A stretch of 60,716 bases of DNA, from the NCBI GenBank assembly GCA_027306885.1, contig DAHUYV010000072.1:1-60716 (forward strand). The letters are read 5' to 3'. The notes beneath the pieces were generated by a model. It searched no databases. It was not told where the DNA came from and saw only the letters and a program-made list of their open reading frames with translations. Below, one piece after another: positions 46,740-56,087 of this stretch (position 1 is the first letter of the stretch; each line of letters starts with the position of its first letter). The position numbers and the translations under genes are program-made. The DNA is from Candidatus Dormiibacterota bacterium. Lineage in GTDB: Bacteria > Chloroflexota > Dormibacteria > Aeolococcales > Bog-877.

Positions 46740-47489
46740 ATGGAGAGAGCAGCTGGTGGCCGACCGCTGGCGGTGGTGACCGGCGCCAGCGCCGGGATCG
46801 GCGCTGCCATCGCGCGCCGGCTGGCTCGGGAAGGCTTCGACCTGCTTCTCGGTGCCCGGCGTGGCGACCTGCTGGCTGCCCTGTCGGAAGAGCTCGGGGC
46901 CCGATGGCGCCCCCTGGACGTGGCCGACCCCGCCAGCGTGAGGAGCTTCTGCGCGGGGGTCGAGGACGTCGCCGTCTTGGTGAACAACGCGGGAGGGGCC
47001 CGCGGTCTGGACCCGGTGGAGTCGGCTCCCCTCGAGGATTGGCGCTGGATGTGGGAGGTCAACGTGCTGGGCCTGGTCGCCATGACCAAGGAGCTGCTCC
47101 CGGCCCTGGAGCGATCGGGCGGCGGCCTGGTTGTCAACATCTCGTCGACCGCCGCCATGGAGGTGTATGAGGGCGGCGGCGGCTACACCGCGGCCAAACA
47201 CGCGGTCCACGCCATCTCCCGGACCCTGCGACTGGAGCTTGCCGGGCGCCCGATCCGGGTAACCGAGGTCTGCCCCGGGATGGTCGAGACCGACTTCTCG
47301 CTCAACCGCTTCGCCGGTGACTCCGAGCGAGCGGAGTCGGTGTACCGGGGGGTCATCCCCCTCACCGCGGACGACGTGGCCGATGTCGTGGCCTTCGCCG
47401 CCACCCGGCCGGCCCATGTCGACCTCGACCAGATCGTGATGCGGCCGGTGCAGCAGGCGGCCAGCCACAAGGTGGTGCGCCGCGGCTAG
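46740..47489 (+). CDS. Short-chain dehydrogenase/reductase (YdfG-like)
   Basis: TGASAGIG, VNNAG, YTAAK (YxxxK) and PGMVETDF. Confidence 0.93.
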   Translation: MERAAGGRPLAVVTGASAGIGAAIARRLAREGFDLLLGARRGDLLAALSEELGARWRPLDVADPASVRSFCAGVEDVAVLVNNAGGARGLDPVESAPLEDWRWMWEVNVLGLVAMTKELLPALERSGGGLVVNISSTAAMEVYEGGGGYTAAKHAVHAISRTLRLELAGRPIRVTEVCPGMVETDFSLNRFAGDSERAESVYRGVIPLTADDVADVVAFAATRPAHVDLDQIVMRPVQQAASHKVVRRG

Positions 47490-47500
47490 GGCCCGCGGCG

Positions 47501-47523
47501 AATATCTCTGACCCAGAGGTATT
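47501..47523. promoter_or_regulatory. Probable MarR operator overlapping the -10 box
   Basis: AATATCTCTG-ACC-CAGAGGTATT (9/10 inverted repeat); overlaps TATTCT at 47520-47525. Confidence 0.7.
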
Positions 47524-47531
47524 CTATGAGC

Positions 47532-48002
47532 GTGAGCGCGCCCACCCGGGAAGACCTGACCCTGGCGGAGGGCCTGCTGGACCAGGTCTCCGCACTGCGC
47601 CGCGCCACCAGGGCGTGCGACGGCCGGCCGCCGGTCTTCTCAACGCTCTCTCCCTCCCAGCTGGAGCTCCTCCGCCTGGTGCGGCGCTCGCCGGGGATCT
47701 CGGTGACCGAGGCGGCGCGGATCCTGGCCGTGGCCCCCAACACCGTCTCCACCCTGGTGAGGGCCCTCAGCCTGAGGCGGGTCCTGGTTCGGGCCGTCGA
47801 CGCCGCGGACCGGCGGGTCGCCCGACTCGATCTGACTCCCGAGATGCGCCGGAGCGCAACCGCCTGGAGAGACCGCCGGGCAGCGCTGGTGGCCGGAGCG
47901 ATCGCCAGGTTGGACCCTGCTCAAACGGCCCGGCTTGGAGCCGCACTGCCCGCCCTGGCCGCGGTGGCCCAGGGCTTGGAGCCACGGGACGTGGCCGAAT
48001 GA
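47532..48002 (+). CDS. MarR family transcriptional regulator
   Basis: LSPSQLELL, wHTH ISVTEAAR...NTVSTLV and DRRVARL. GTG 47532 fits the leaderless spacing; ATG 47526 is an alternative start. Confidence 0.9.
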   Translation: MSAPTREDLTLAEGLLDQVSALRRATRACDGRPPVFSTLSPSQLELLRLVRRSPGISVTEAARILAVAPNTVSTLVRALSLRRVLVRAVDAADRRVARLDLTPEMRRSATAWRDRRAALVAGAIARLDPAQTARLGAALPALAAVAQGLEPRDVAE

Positions 48003-48859
48003 GAGCGCTCTCAGATCCAGCCGCCACCGATATGGCGTCTTCCCCCGGCCCCAGCGGCGACCTGGCGGTGGAGTGCCGGGGGCTGCGATTCCACTTCGGG
48101 GCTCACGTCGCCGTGGACGGGCTGGATCTCTTGGTGGCTCGGGGCGAGATCTTCGGACTCCTGGGGCCCAACGGGGCGGGCAAGACCACCACCATCCGGG
48201 TGATCAACACCCTGCTGCCGGCTCGCGAGGGAACCGTGCGGGTCCTGGGCTACGACGTGCGCCGCGAGGCGATGGCCGTCCGGCGCCGCCTGGGCTACGT
48301 GCCCCAGCAGCTCTCGGTCGAGGCCGCCCTGACCGGCCGGGAGAACGTGAGCTGGTTCGCACGTCTCTTTGACGTCCCCCGGGGCGAGCGGGCAGCGAGG
48401 GTCGAGGAGGCGCTGGAGCTCATGGGCCTGGCCGACGCCGCGGACCGGCTGGTCGGGACCTACTCCGGCGGCATGATCCGCCGCTTGGAGCTGGCCCAGG
48501 CGTTGGTCAACCGGCCCCAGCTGCTGGTCCTGGACGAGCCCACGGTCGGGCTCGACCCGGTGGCCCGGGACAGCGTGTGGCGGCGTGTTGACCAGTTGCG
48601 CCAGGCCAGCGAGGCCACCGTCCTGCTCACCACTCACTACATGGAGGAGGCGGAAGCCCTCTGCGATCGGGTGGCGCTCATGCATCTGGGCCAGGTGAGG
48701 GCCTTGGGCTCCCCGGCGGCGCTCAAGGCCGAGCTGGGGCCTGACGCCACTTTGGAGGACGTCTTCCGCCATCACACCGGCGGCACCTTGGAAGCCAGCG
48801 GGAGCAACGGCCTTCGTGAAGTCCGCAGCACTCGGCGCACCGCGAACCGGCTCGGCTGA
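47999..48859 (+). CDS. ABC transporter ATP-binding protein (DrrA/NodI-like)
   Basis: GPNGAGKTT, YSGGM, VLDEPT and TTHY. Confidence 0.95.
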   Translation: MRALSDPAATDMASSPGPSGDLAVECRGLRFHFGAHVAVDGLDLLVARGEIFGLLGPNGAGKTTTIRVINTLLPAREGTVRVLGYDVRREAMAVRRRLGYVPQQLSVEAALTGRENVSWFARLFDVPRGERAARVEEALELMGLADAADRLVGTYSGGMIRRLELAQALVNRPQLLVLDEPTVGLDPVARDSVWRRVDQLRQASEATVLLTTHYMEEAEALCDRVALMHLGQVRALGSPAALKAELGPDATLEDVFRHHTGGTLEASGSNGLREVRSTRRTANRLG

Positions 48860-49640
48860 CGACGCCGCGCCCGCGTTCTGGGCGCAGTTCGTCAGCCGGG
48901 TCTTCACCTTCTGCCTGGTCGAGCTGCAGAAACTGCGCCACGACCGCACCGAGCTGGCGACCCGGGCGGTCCAGCCGGTGCTCTGGCTGGTGATCTTCGG
49001 GGAGACCTTCAACCGGCTGCACGCGATCCCCACCGGCAACATCCCTTACCTGGACTACCTCGCCCCTGGGGTGATCGCCCAGTCGGGGATGTTCGTCGCC
49101 ATCTTCTACGGCATCCAGATCATCTGGGAGCGGGACGCCGGGGTCTTGACCAAGCTCCTGGTCACCCCCACTCCGCGCGCCGCCCTCATCGTCGGCAAGG
49201 GGTTCGCCGCCGGGGTCCGGGCGATGGCCCAGGTGGTGGTGGTGCTGCTCATCTCCCTCCTCCTCGGCATTCATCTCACCTCCAACCCCCTGGCGCTCCT
49301 GGGCGCCTTCGGGGTCGTGATGATGGGATCGGCCTTCTTCGCCTGCCTCTCCATGACCGTGGCCGGGGTGGTCCTGAAGCGCGACCGTCTCATGGGGATC
49401 GGGCAGATGATCACCATGCCGCTGTTCTTCGCCTCCAACGCCCTCTATCCGGTCAGCGTCATGCCCGGCTGGCTGCGCGTCCTCAGCACCGTCAACCCCC
49501 TCAGTTACGAGGTCGACGCCCTGCGTGGGCTCCTGCTGGGCACCCCGACCCACCTGCTCCTGGACTTCTCGGCCCTTCTGGCGGCGGTCGTGGTCGGGGT
49601 GGCGGCCGCCGCGGCCCTGGTCGGGCGGCTCGCCCGCTGA
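48816..49640 (+). CDS. ABC-2 type permease
   Basis: YLDYLAPG, IIWERDAG and NPLSYEVDALR; 6 TM segments. Confidence 0.93.
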   Translation: MKSAALGAPRTGSADDAAPAFWAQFVSRVFTFCLVELQKLRHDRTELATRAVQPVLWLVIFGETFNRLHAIPTGNIPYLDYLAPGVIAQSGMFVAIFYGIQIIWERDAGVLTKLLVTPTPRAALIVGKGFAAGVRAMAQVVVVLLISLLLGIHLTSNPLALLGAFGVVMMGSAFFACLSMTVAGVVLKRDRLMGIGQMITMPLFFASNALYPVSVMPGWLRVLSTVNPLSYEVDALRGLLLGTPTHLLLDFSALLAAVVVGVAAAAALVGRLAR

Positions 49641-49671
49641 CCGCGGCGGCCCTCGGCGGCGGCCCGGCCGG

Positions 49672-50508
49672 TCAGGCGCCTGGGGAGAGGGAGACCTCGC
49701 GTTGGGGATCAGCCGCCCACTCGCTCCAGGAGCCGGGGTAGAGGGCGCCGCCGTCCAGCCCGGCCGCGGTGAGGGCCAGCAGGACGGCGCAGGAGGTGAC
49801 CCCCGAGCCGCAGTACACCACCACTGGCCGCTCCCTCCCGCCGAGCTCCGCAAGCAGCTGCCGGACCTCGGCCGCCGGGCGCACCCTCCCCGACCGGTAG
49901 AGCTCGGTCCAGGGCAGGCTGCGAGCACCCGGCAGGTGGCCGGGCCGGGGGTCCAGCTGATTGGGCTCGCCGAGGTACCGAGAGCGCGCGCGAGCGTCGA
50001 GGACCACGGTGCCGCGATCGCGGCAGGTGGCGACCGCGTCAGCCCCGAGCCAACCGGAGAAGTCGCGGGCCCGGAAGTCTCCGGGGGCCGGCTCCGCCTC
50101 CTCGGTCTCCAGATGCCCGCCGGCCTCCAGGTATCCCGCCAGGCCACCGTCCAGGACCGCGACGTCGGGGTGCCCGGCCGCCCGGAGCATCCACCAGGCC
50201 CGGGCCGCGGCACCGGTGACCTGGTCGTAGGCCACCACCCGGCTGCGCCGGGAGACCCCGCAGGAGCGCATCGCCGCAGCAAAGCGCCCCGGGTCGGGCA
50301 GGGGGTGGCGGCCGCCGGGACCGGGCGGGTCGGCCAGGTCCCGGTCCAGGTCCACAAAGCGCGCGCCAGGCACGTGCCCGGCGCGGTACGAGTCCCGCTC
50401 CGCTCCTCGCTCCAGCGACCAGCGAACATCCAGCACCACCAGCTCCGGAGAACCCTGGTGCTGGAGCAACCAGGACGGCTGCACCAGGGGGCTGGGGAGG
50501 TCGGCCAT
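49672..50508 (-). CDS. Sulfurtransferase (double rhodanese domain)
   Basis: GHVPGA, GRHPLP, LDGG, GHLPGA, YCGSGVTS and YPGSWSEW. Confidence 0.95.
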   Translation of the reverse strand: MADLPSPLVQPSWLLQHQGSPELVVLDVRWSLERGAERDSYRAGHVPGARFVDLDRDLADPPGPGGRHPLPDPGRFAAAMRSCGVSRRSRVVAYDQVTGAAARAWWMLRAAGHPDVAVLDGGLAGYLEAGGHLETEEAEPAPGDFRARDFSGWLGADAVATCRDRGTVVLDARARSRYLGEPNQLDPRPGHLPGARSLPWTELYRSGRVRPAAEVRQLLAELGGRERPVVVYCGSGVTSCAVLLALTAAGLDGGALYPGSWSEWAADPQREVSLSPGA

Positions 50509-50699
50509 GGCGACATAATGCGCGATGGGCGCCGTTCAACCAGGGAGGCGATGAAGAGAGTGCGGCGATTCGGACGGTCCAGGTGGTCGGGCTGCCACCA
50601 CGGCCGGACGGCCCCGCACCACATTTGGCCGCTCGGCGGCGATCGGGCGGGCCGCCTCAAGCCCCTGGCGGCGGCGGAAGGACCGGCCCGGTGGGGCCG

Positions 50700-51680
50700 G
50701 TGACCACCAACCGCACCGTCCGCTGTTTGGTCGTCGGCCATCAGCCGGCTCCCGACCTCGAGCTGGTCCGCCGCCTGGCCGGCGACACGGAGTTCGTCGG
50801 CCCGGGGGTGGACCGTGCCGAGGGTGAGTTCGACTGCATCTGGCGTCTCTACGGCGGCCGGTTGCAGGGGGTCCGCGAGGATCCCCTCGGGGCCGCCCTC
50901 CGGGCCCATCCCGAAGTCCGGTGGGTGCACACCATCAGCGCTGGCATCGACCATCTGCGGCCGCTGATGCTGGCCCATCCCGGGGTGGTGCTCACCACTT
51001 CGGTGGGGGTCATGGCAACCCCGATCGCCGAGTTCGTGATCGGCTGCCTGCTGGAGCACTGCAAGCGCTCGGCGGAGCTGGCGGAGATGCAGAGAGCTCA
51101 CCGATTCGCTGAGCTGCCACTCCGCGAGCTCGGCGACATGCGGATTGTGATCGTGGGCCTGGGCGCGATCGGCAGCCGGGTGGCCACCCTCGCCTCAGCC
51201 TTTGGCTCGTCCCTGGTGGGGGTGAGGCGCCGGGCCGAGTTGGGGGGTGGAGAGCTGATCGGGGCTGTCCACGGCGCCGACGAATTGGAGCTGGCCTGCC
51301 GCGGCGCCGACGCCCTGGTGCTGGCCGCCCCGCTCACCGAGGCCAGCCGCGGGCTGGTCGGCGACCGTGTCCTCGGCGCTCTGAACGAGGGGAGCGTGCT
51401 GGTGAACGTGGCCCGAGGCGCACTCGTCGACGAGGGGGTGCTCCTTCGCAGGCTTCGGTCCGGCCCCCTGCGCGCCGCCTACCTCGACGCCTTCGAGGAG
51501 GAGCCGCTCCCTCAGTCCTCCCCGCTCTGGGAGGCCAAGGGGGTGTTCGTCAGCCCCCACGTCAGCTGGAGCTCGCCCAATTTCCCCCGCCGGGCTTGCG
51601 AGCGCTTCGGCGAGCAGCTGAGGCGCTATCGGGAGGGGAGGCCCCTGCTCAACGTGGCCGACGTCGCCGCCGGGTACTGA
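50700..51680 (+). CDS. D-2-hydroxyacid dehydrogenase
   Basis: GLGAIG, VNVARG, LDAFEEEPL and SPHVS; start estimated at GTG 50700. Confidence 0.92.
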   Translation: MTTNRTVRCLVVGHQPAPDLELVRRLAGDTEFVGPGVDRAEGEFDCIWRLYGGRLQGVREDPLGAALRAHPEVRWVHTISAGIDHLRPLMLAHPGVVLTTSVGVMATPIAEFVIGCLLEHCKRSAELAEMQRAHRFAELPLRELGDMRIVIVGLGAIGSRVATLASAFGSSLVGVRRRAELGGGELIGAVHGADELELACRGADALVLAAPLTEASRGLVGDRVLGALNEGSVLVNVARGALVDEGVLLRRLRSGPLRAAYLDAFEEEPLPQSSPLWEAKGVFVSPHVSWSSPNFPRRACERFGEQLRRYREGRPLLNVADVAAGY

Positions 51681-51681
51681 C

Positions 51682-53574
51682 TCACTCCGGGATGTAGTCG
51701 GAGCGCAGGCCCAGAAGCTCCGGGGCATGGAGCTGAACCAGCTTGGCGGCTACGCCGGGTGGGGGGCCGGGGCGGGCCAGCGAGGTGAGGATCATCACCC
51801 CGAAGGCCAGGGGGACGGTCAGGATCGCGGGCTGCTCCAGGATCACCGCCAGGCCGGACGCTTGGGCGAGGAACCTCTCCAAGGGCGAGCTAACGGTCGC
51901 CAGCATGGTGGTGATGATCGCGACCGTGGCCAGCCCCCCGCCCAGGGCCACCCCCAGGGCGGCGCCCAGGGTGGTGAGCCGCGGCCACCAGATTCCCAGC
52001 ACCAAGAGGGGGAAGAACGAGCTGGCGGCGATGGCGAACGCCCAGCCCACCAGGACGCTGATGTCGAACTGGCCCACCAGGAGCCCGAGCCCCGCCGCCA
52101 GCGCCCCCGAGCCCACCGCTGAGATCTGGAAGGCGACCCGTCGGCGCTGGGCTCCCGCGCCGGGGCGCAACCAGCGCCCGTAGACATCGAGGCCCAGGGC
52201 GCCCGCCAGGGAGACCAGCAGGCCACTCAGGGTGGAGGTGAAGGCCGCGAAGGCGCCCGCCGAGACCACTGCCAGCAGGAGCTGGCCGACCCACCCCCCG
52301 AGCAGCGAGGGCAGCACCAGGACCACCGCGTCGGTGCGGTTGTTTCCGTACAGAGAGGGGTCGAGGGCCCGGCCCAGCGCCCCGAAGACCGGCGGCCAGA
52401 GATAGAAGGCCCCGAGGAGCACCAGCACCAGAAGGGCGGTGCGCCGGGCCGCCCGGGCATCCGGGTTGGTGTAGAAGCGGACCAGGATGTGGGGGAGGCC
52501 GATGGTTCCGAGGACGATGGCCAGGATCAGCGAATAGGTGAACAGGAGAGGGTGCCCGCTGCCCCCGGCGAGCGGGCCGAAGGGACGGCTCCAGCTGCCG
52601 TTGGTGGACGCGGGGGTGGCGCTGCCGTAGGGAGCGGGTTGGCCCCGGGCCAGGGTGACCTCTGCCGTCTGCCTCCAGACCAGGGTGCCCCCGGGCACCG
52701 AGACCCGCCCCCGGAGGAGCAGGGCCCGCTGGCCCGGGACCGGCGCCGTCGAGGTCGGCGACGGGCTGGATCCCACCTCGGCGGTCACCGAGCCGGGAGA
52801 CCGTACCGGGTCGCCCGGGCTCCAAGTGACCAGGACGCTTCCCCGCACCTCCATGGTGGTGCGCCGGGGGACCTGCCACAGCTCACCCGCCGACACCTGA
52901 TAGGTGGTGGCGGAGGGGAGCCGGACCAGGTCGCCAGGGGCCGGCGCGAACGGGGTCGCCGGGCCGCCAAAGCGCAGCAGGAGCAGGAAGGCGGGAAGTG
53001 AGATCGCGAAGATCTTGGCGGCGAATTGGATGCTCTGGACCAGGGTGATCCCTCTCATCCCTCCTCCGGTGACCGCCGTCACCACGACCACGGCGACCGC
53101 CACGACGCCCACCCAGTACGGCAGGCCGGAAGCGGTCTGCACGGTGAGGCCGGCCGCCTTCATCTGCGGCAGCGCGTAGAAGAAGCCGATCACCAGGACC
53201 AGCACCACGGCGAGGTGGCGGAAGCGTGGGCTGTCGAACCGCCCCTCGGCGAAGTCGGGGATGGTGTAGGCGCCGAACCGGCGGAGGGGCCCGGCGACGA
53301 AGAGGAGCAGGAGCAGGTACCCCGCGGCATAGCCGACCGGGTACCAGAGCACGTCGTAGCCGAACTGCATCACCAGCCCGGCCACCCCGAGGAACGAGGC
53401 CGCGCTGAGGTACTCGCCACTGATCGCCGCCGCGTTGATTCGAGGTGAGACCGCCCTCGCCGCCACCATGAAGTCCGAGGTCGTACGGCTGAACCGGCGC
53501 GCGAAGAGCCCAGCCCCGAGGCTGAGCGCGGCCATGAACACGAGCCCCAGCACCGCGGCCAGGGATGGGCTCAC
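51682..53574 (-). CDS. actP: Sodium:solute symporter, ActP-like (cation/acetate)
   Basis: AISGEYLSAASFLG, TIPDFAEGRF, GGMRGIT, GLPHILVRFYTNPD and SSFFPLL. Confidence 0.88.
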   Translation of the reverse strand: MSPSLAAVLGLVFMAALSLGAGLFARRFSRTTSDFMVAARAVSPRINAAAISGEYLSAASFLGVAGLVMQFGYDVLWYPVGYAAGYLLLLLFVAGPLRRFGAYTIPDFAEGRFDSPRFRHLAVVLVLVIGFFYALPQMKAAGLTVQTASGLPYWVGVVAVAVVVVTAVTGGGMRGITLVQSIQFAAKIFAISLPAFLLLLRFGGPATPFAPAPGDLVRLPSATTYQVSAGELWQVPRRTTMEVRGSVLVTWSPGDPVRSPGSVTAEVGSSPSPTSTAPVPGQRALLLRGRVSVPGGTLVWRQTAEVTLARGQPAPYGSATPASTNGSWSRPFGPLAGGSGHPLLFTYSLILAIVLGTIGLPHILVRFYTNPDARAARRTALLVLVLLGAFYLWPPVFGALGRALDPSLYGNNRTDAVVLVLPSLLGGWVGQLLLAVVSAGAFAAFTSTLSGLLVSLAGALGLDVYGRWLRPGAGAQRRRVAFQISAVGSGALAAGLGLLVGQFDISVLVGWAFAIAASSFFPLLVLGIWWPRLTTLGAALGVALGGGLATVAIITTMLATVSSPLERFLAQASGLAVILEQPAILTVPLAFGVMILTSLARPGPPPGVAAKLVQLHAPELLGLRSDYIPE

Positions 53575-53584
53575 GCTCCGAGCC

Positions 53585-53965
53585 TCAGCGGAGGAGGTCG
53601 GTGAACTCCTCGTCCACCTCCTCAGCCCGGCGCACGTAGTGACGTCCCAGCCAGATCAGCAGTGGGTAGGAGCCCACCCCGAGCACCAGCCAGGTGACCG
53701 GCACCCCGAACAGACGCCAGCTGGTCCAGGGGCTCCACACCGCGGAGAGGAGCGGTTGGACCCCAAGGAAGGCGCCGAAAGCCAGCGCGATCGTGAGGCT
53801 GAGGCGGAGCTGCCGCCGCATCAGGGCCTGGAGGAACACCCCTCCGACCTCGGTCTGCTCGGAGAACTCGCGCAGTCCGGACGAGGCCGGCCGGGTCCTG
53901 CCGGGGGCCTGGTCTCCGCCCAGCCCCACCTCAGAGGCCCAGGGCGGTGCGGAGCTGCTGGCCAT
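53585..53965 (-). CDS. DUF485/YjcH-like small membrane partner of ActP
   Basis: LMRRQLRLS, two TM segments and YVRRAEE.D; directly upstream of actP. Confidence 0.8.
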   Translation of the reverse strand: MASSSAPPWASEVGLGGDQAPGRTRPASSGLREFSEQTEVGGVFLQALMRRQLRLSLTIALAFGAFLGVQPLLSAVWSPWTSWRLFGVPVTWLVLGVGSYPLLIWLGRHYVRRAEEVDEEFTDLLR

Positions 53966-54680
53966 GGCGGCGGGAGACCGGGACCGCCAGGCCCGGAATC
54001 CCGTCCAGGCGGAGCAGGAAGGTGTTGTTGAAGAAGCTCTCCACGGCGGTGACGTGGCGCAGGTTGACCAGGTAGTGGCGGTGCACCCGGAGGAACCCCT
54101 GGCGGCTGAGCCGCTCCTCCAGGTCCTGGAGCCGGAGCCGGGCCATGTACCGCCCGTCGGCGGTGATCAGCGCCACCCGGTCGCCGGACACCTCCCCCAC
54201 CCGGATCTCATCCACGGGCAGCAGCAGGGTCTGGCCCCGGTGCACCACGGCCAGGCGGCTGTCGGTCCAAGCGGAATGATCAGACCCGGTGGCCCGGGCG
54301 GCGTCACGGTCGGCCATCGCCAGGCGCTCCAGGGTGAGGTTGAGCCGGTCCGGTCGCACCGGCTTGAGGAGGTAGTCGAAGGCCGCCAGCTGAAACGCCT
54401 CCACGGCGTGCTGCTCGAACGCGGTGACGAAGACCACCCGCGGCTGGGGGCTGAGGGACTTCAGGAGTTCGGCCATCTGGAGACCGTCCAGGCCGGGCAT
54501 CTGGATGTCGAGGAAGACCACGTCTGCCGGCGAGAGCCCGAGCAGGTCCATGGCCTCGCTCGGGTCCTCGGCCTCGCGCACCTCTCGGACTCGGGGAGAC
54601 TGCCGGAGAAGGTAGCCGAGTTCGCCCCGGGCCGGGGCCTCGTCGTCCACCACCAGCGCCGAGAGCTGGATATCGGGCAA
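53931..54680 (-). CDS. LytTR family response regulator
   Basis: VVDDE, FLDIQMP, FVTAF, YLLKP and the LytTR motif FLRVHRHYLVN; start estimated. Confidence 0.93.
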   Translation of the reverse strand: MPDIQLSALVVDDEAPARGELGYLLRQSPRVREVREAEDPSEAMDLLGLSPADVVFLDIQMPGLDGLQMAELLKSLSPQPRVVFVTAFEQHAVEAFQLAAFDYLLKPVRPDRLNLTLERLAMADRDAARATGSDHSAWTDSRLAVVHRGQTLLLPVDEIRVGEVSGDRVALITADGRYMARLRLQDLEERLSRQGFLRVHRHYLVNLRHVTAVESFFNNTFLLRLDGIPGLAVPVSRRHGQQLRTALGL

Positions 54681-54681
54681 C

Positions 54682-55866
54682 TCAGGAAGCCTTGACGCCG
54701 GGCCGGTACTTGGGGACTCGCACCCGCACCGTGGTCCCCTCTCCGGGGGCCGACTCCAGCTCGAGCCCATGGCCCGGGCCGAACACGTGGGTGAGGCGCC
54801 GGTGGATATTGCCCAGTGCTCCCTGCTGCTCCTCCAGGTCCATGCCTCCCGAGAAGCCCTCCCCGTCGTCCCGGACGGCGATCCAGCACTCGTCGTCCTG
54901 GTCGGAAGCCTCCACGGTTATCGTCCCGTTGCCCCGCCGCTGCTCGATTCCGTGCTTGACCGCGTTCTCCACCAGGGGCTGGACCAGGAGCGCCGGGACC
55001 ACGGTGCTGAGCACCTCCGGCTCGATGTGATAACGAACTGTGAGCCGCTGGCCAAACCGGGCCTGCTCCAAGTTGAGGTACTGGTTCACGTACACCAGCT
55101 CGTCGGCGAGGGTGGTGAACTCGGAGCTGGGTCCGGCGAAGGCCCGACGGCTGAAGTCGGCGAATTCCACCAGCAGCTCACGGGATCGCTCCGGGTCGGT
55201 GCGCACGAAGCTGGCGATGGTGGTGAGGAGGTTGTAGATGAAGTGCGGGGAGATCTGAGCCCGGAGAGCCCGGAGCTCAGATCTGACCAGCGCCGCCTGC
55301 TGCTGGTCGGCACGCTGAAGGCGCAGCTGGGTCGCCAACAGCTCGCCGAGGTCGGCGGTGACCCGTAGCTGGGCCGGGCTGGGCTCTCCACCGTGATAGG
55401 TGACCAGTGCAGCCACCGGGGTGTCGTCGAGGGTGATCGGGGCGACGACCGCCACCCGCAGAGGGCAGTCGCCCGGGTCCGCCGGGTGGAGGCGAACGAT
55501 CTGGGTCCGGCCCGAACGCAGCGCCCCCACGACCCCCTCCAGGTCCTGGTCCAGATGCCGGGAGTGGACCTCGCCCCGGCTCCCCCCGGCGGGCTGGAAC
55601 CCCAAGACCTGCCGGGTGTCGTAGATGGCGGCGGCCATCCCTCCCGACTGGCTGACCAGCGAGCGCAGCACCTTCACCGCTGTCTTGCGATCCAGCCCCT
55701 GGCGCAGGCTGGAGACCGCCGAGGTGGCGAAGGCCAGGGTCCGCAGGGTGGCGCGCTCCTCGGCGGTGTTGAAGACCAGGGGCCGGCGTCGCAGGCGGCC
55801 GTAGACCACCGCGGCGGCGGCCGCAGTCAGAGCCGCCTCGATCGCGACCAGCACCGGCCAGGGCAT
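54682..55866 (-). CDS. LytS-type sensor histidine kinase
   Basis: LRAQISPHFIYN, QPLVENAVKHG, RDDGEGF and GTTVRV; one N-terminal TM plus a GAF-like region. Confidence 0.93.
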   Translation of the reverse strand: MPWPVLVAIEAALTAAAAAVVYGRLRRRPLVFNTAEERATLRTLAFATSAVSSLRQGLDRKTAVKVLRSLVSQSGGMAAAIYDTRQVLGFQPAGGSRGEVHSRHLDQDLEGVVGALRSGRTQIVRLHPADPGDCPLRVAVVAPITLDDTPVAALVTYHGGEPSPAQLRVTADLGELLATQLRLQRADQQQAALVRSELRALRAQISPHFIYNLLTTIASFVRTDPERSRELLVEFADFSRRAFAGPSSEFTTLADELVYVNQYLNLEQARFGQRLTVRYHIEPEVLSTVVPALLVQPLVENAVKHGIEQRRGNGTITVEASDQDDECWIAVRDDGEGFSGGMDLEEQQGALGNIHRRLTHVFGPGHGLELESAPGEGTTVRVRVPKYRPGVKAS

Positions 55867-55907
55867 GGCGGGAATCATCCCCCGGGCCGCAGCCCAGCGC
55901 AACCACG

Positions 55908-55959
55908 ACCGCTCCCAGACGGCGGGGCGCCACTCGGCTGCGAATCCCTACCGTTCGCC
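55908..55959 (+). promoter_or_regulatory. Three imperfect direct repeats at 21-bp period (LytTR-type binding array)
   Basis: ACCGCTCCCA (55908), GCCACTCGGC (55929), ACCGTTCGCC (55950). Confidence 0.6.
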
Positions 55960-55967
55960 GCGGGTGC

Positions 55968-55997
55968 TTTACGCAGGGCAACCTCGGCGACTACCCT
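55968..55997 (+). promoter_or_regulatory. Putative acs promoter
   Basis: TTTACG-N18-TACCCT directly downstream of the repeats. Confidence 0.5.
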
Positions 55998-56087
55998 GCA
56001 GCGAGGTCGTGCCCTCGGCCCGACCCGGTGCTGTCTGCGGGGAGGTCGGTTCAAGCTCGGCAGGGATGGCTTACTCAGGAGGGTGGT

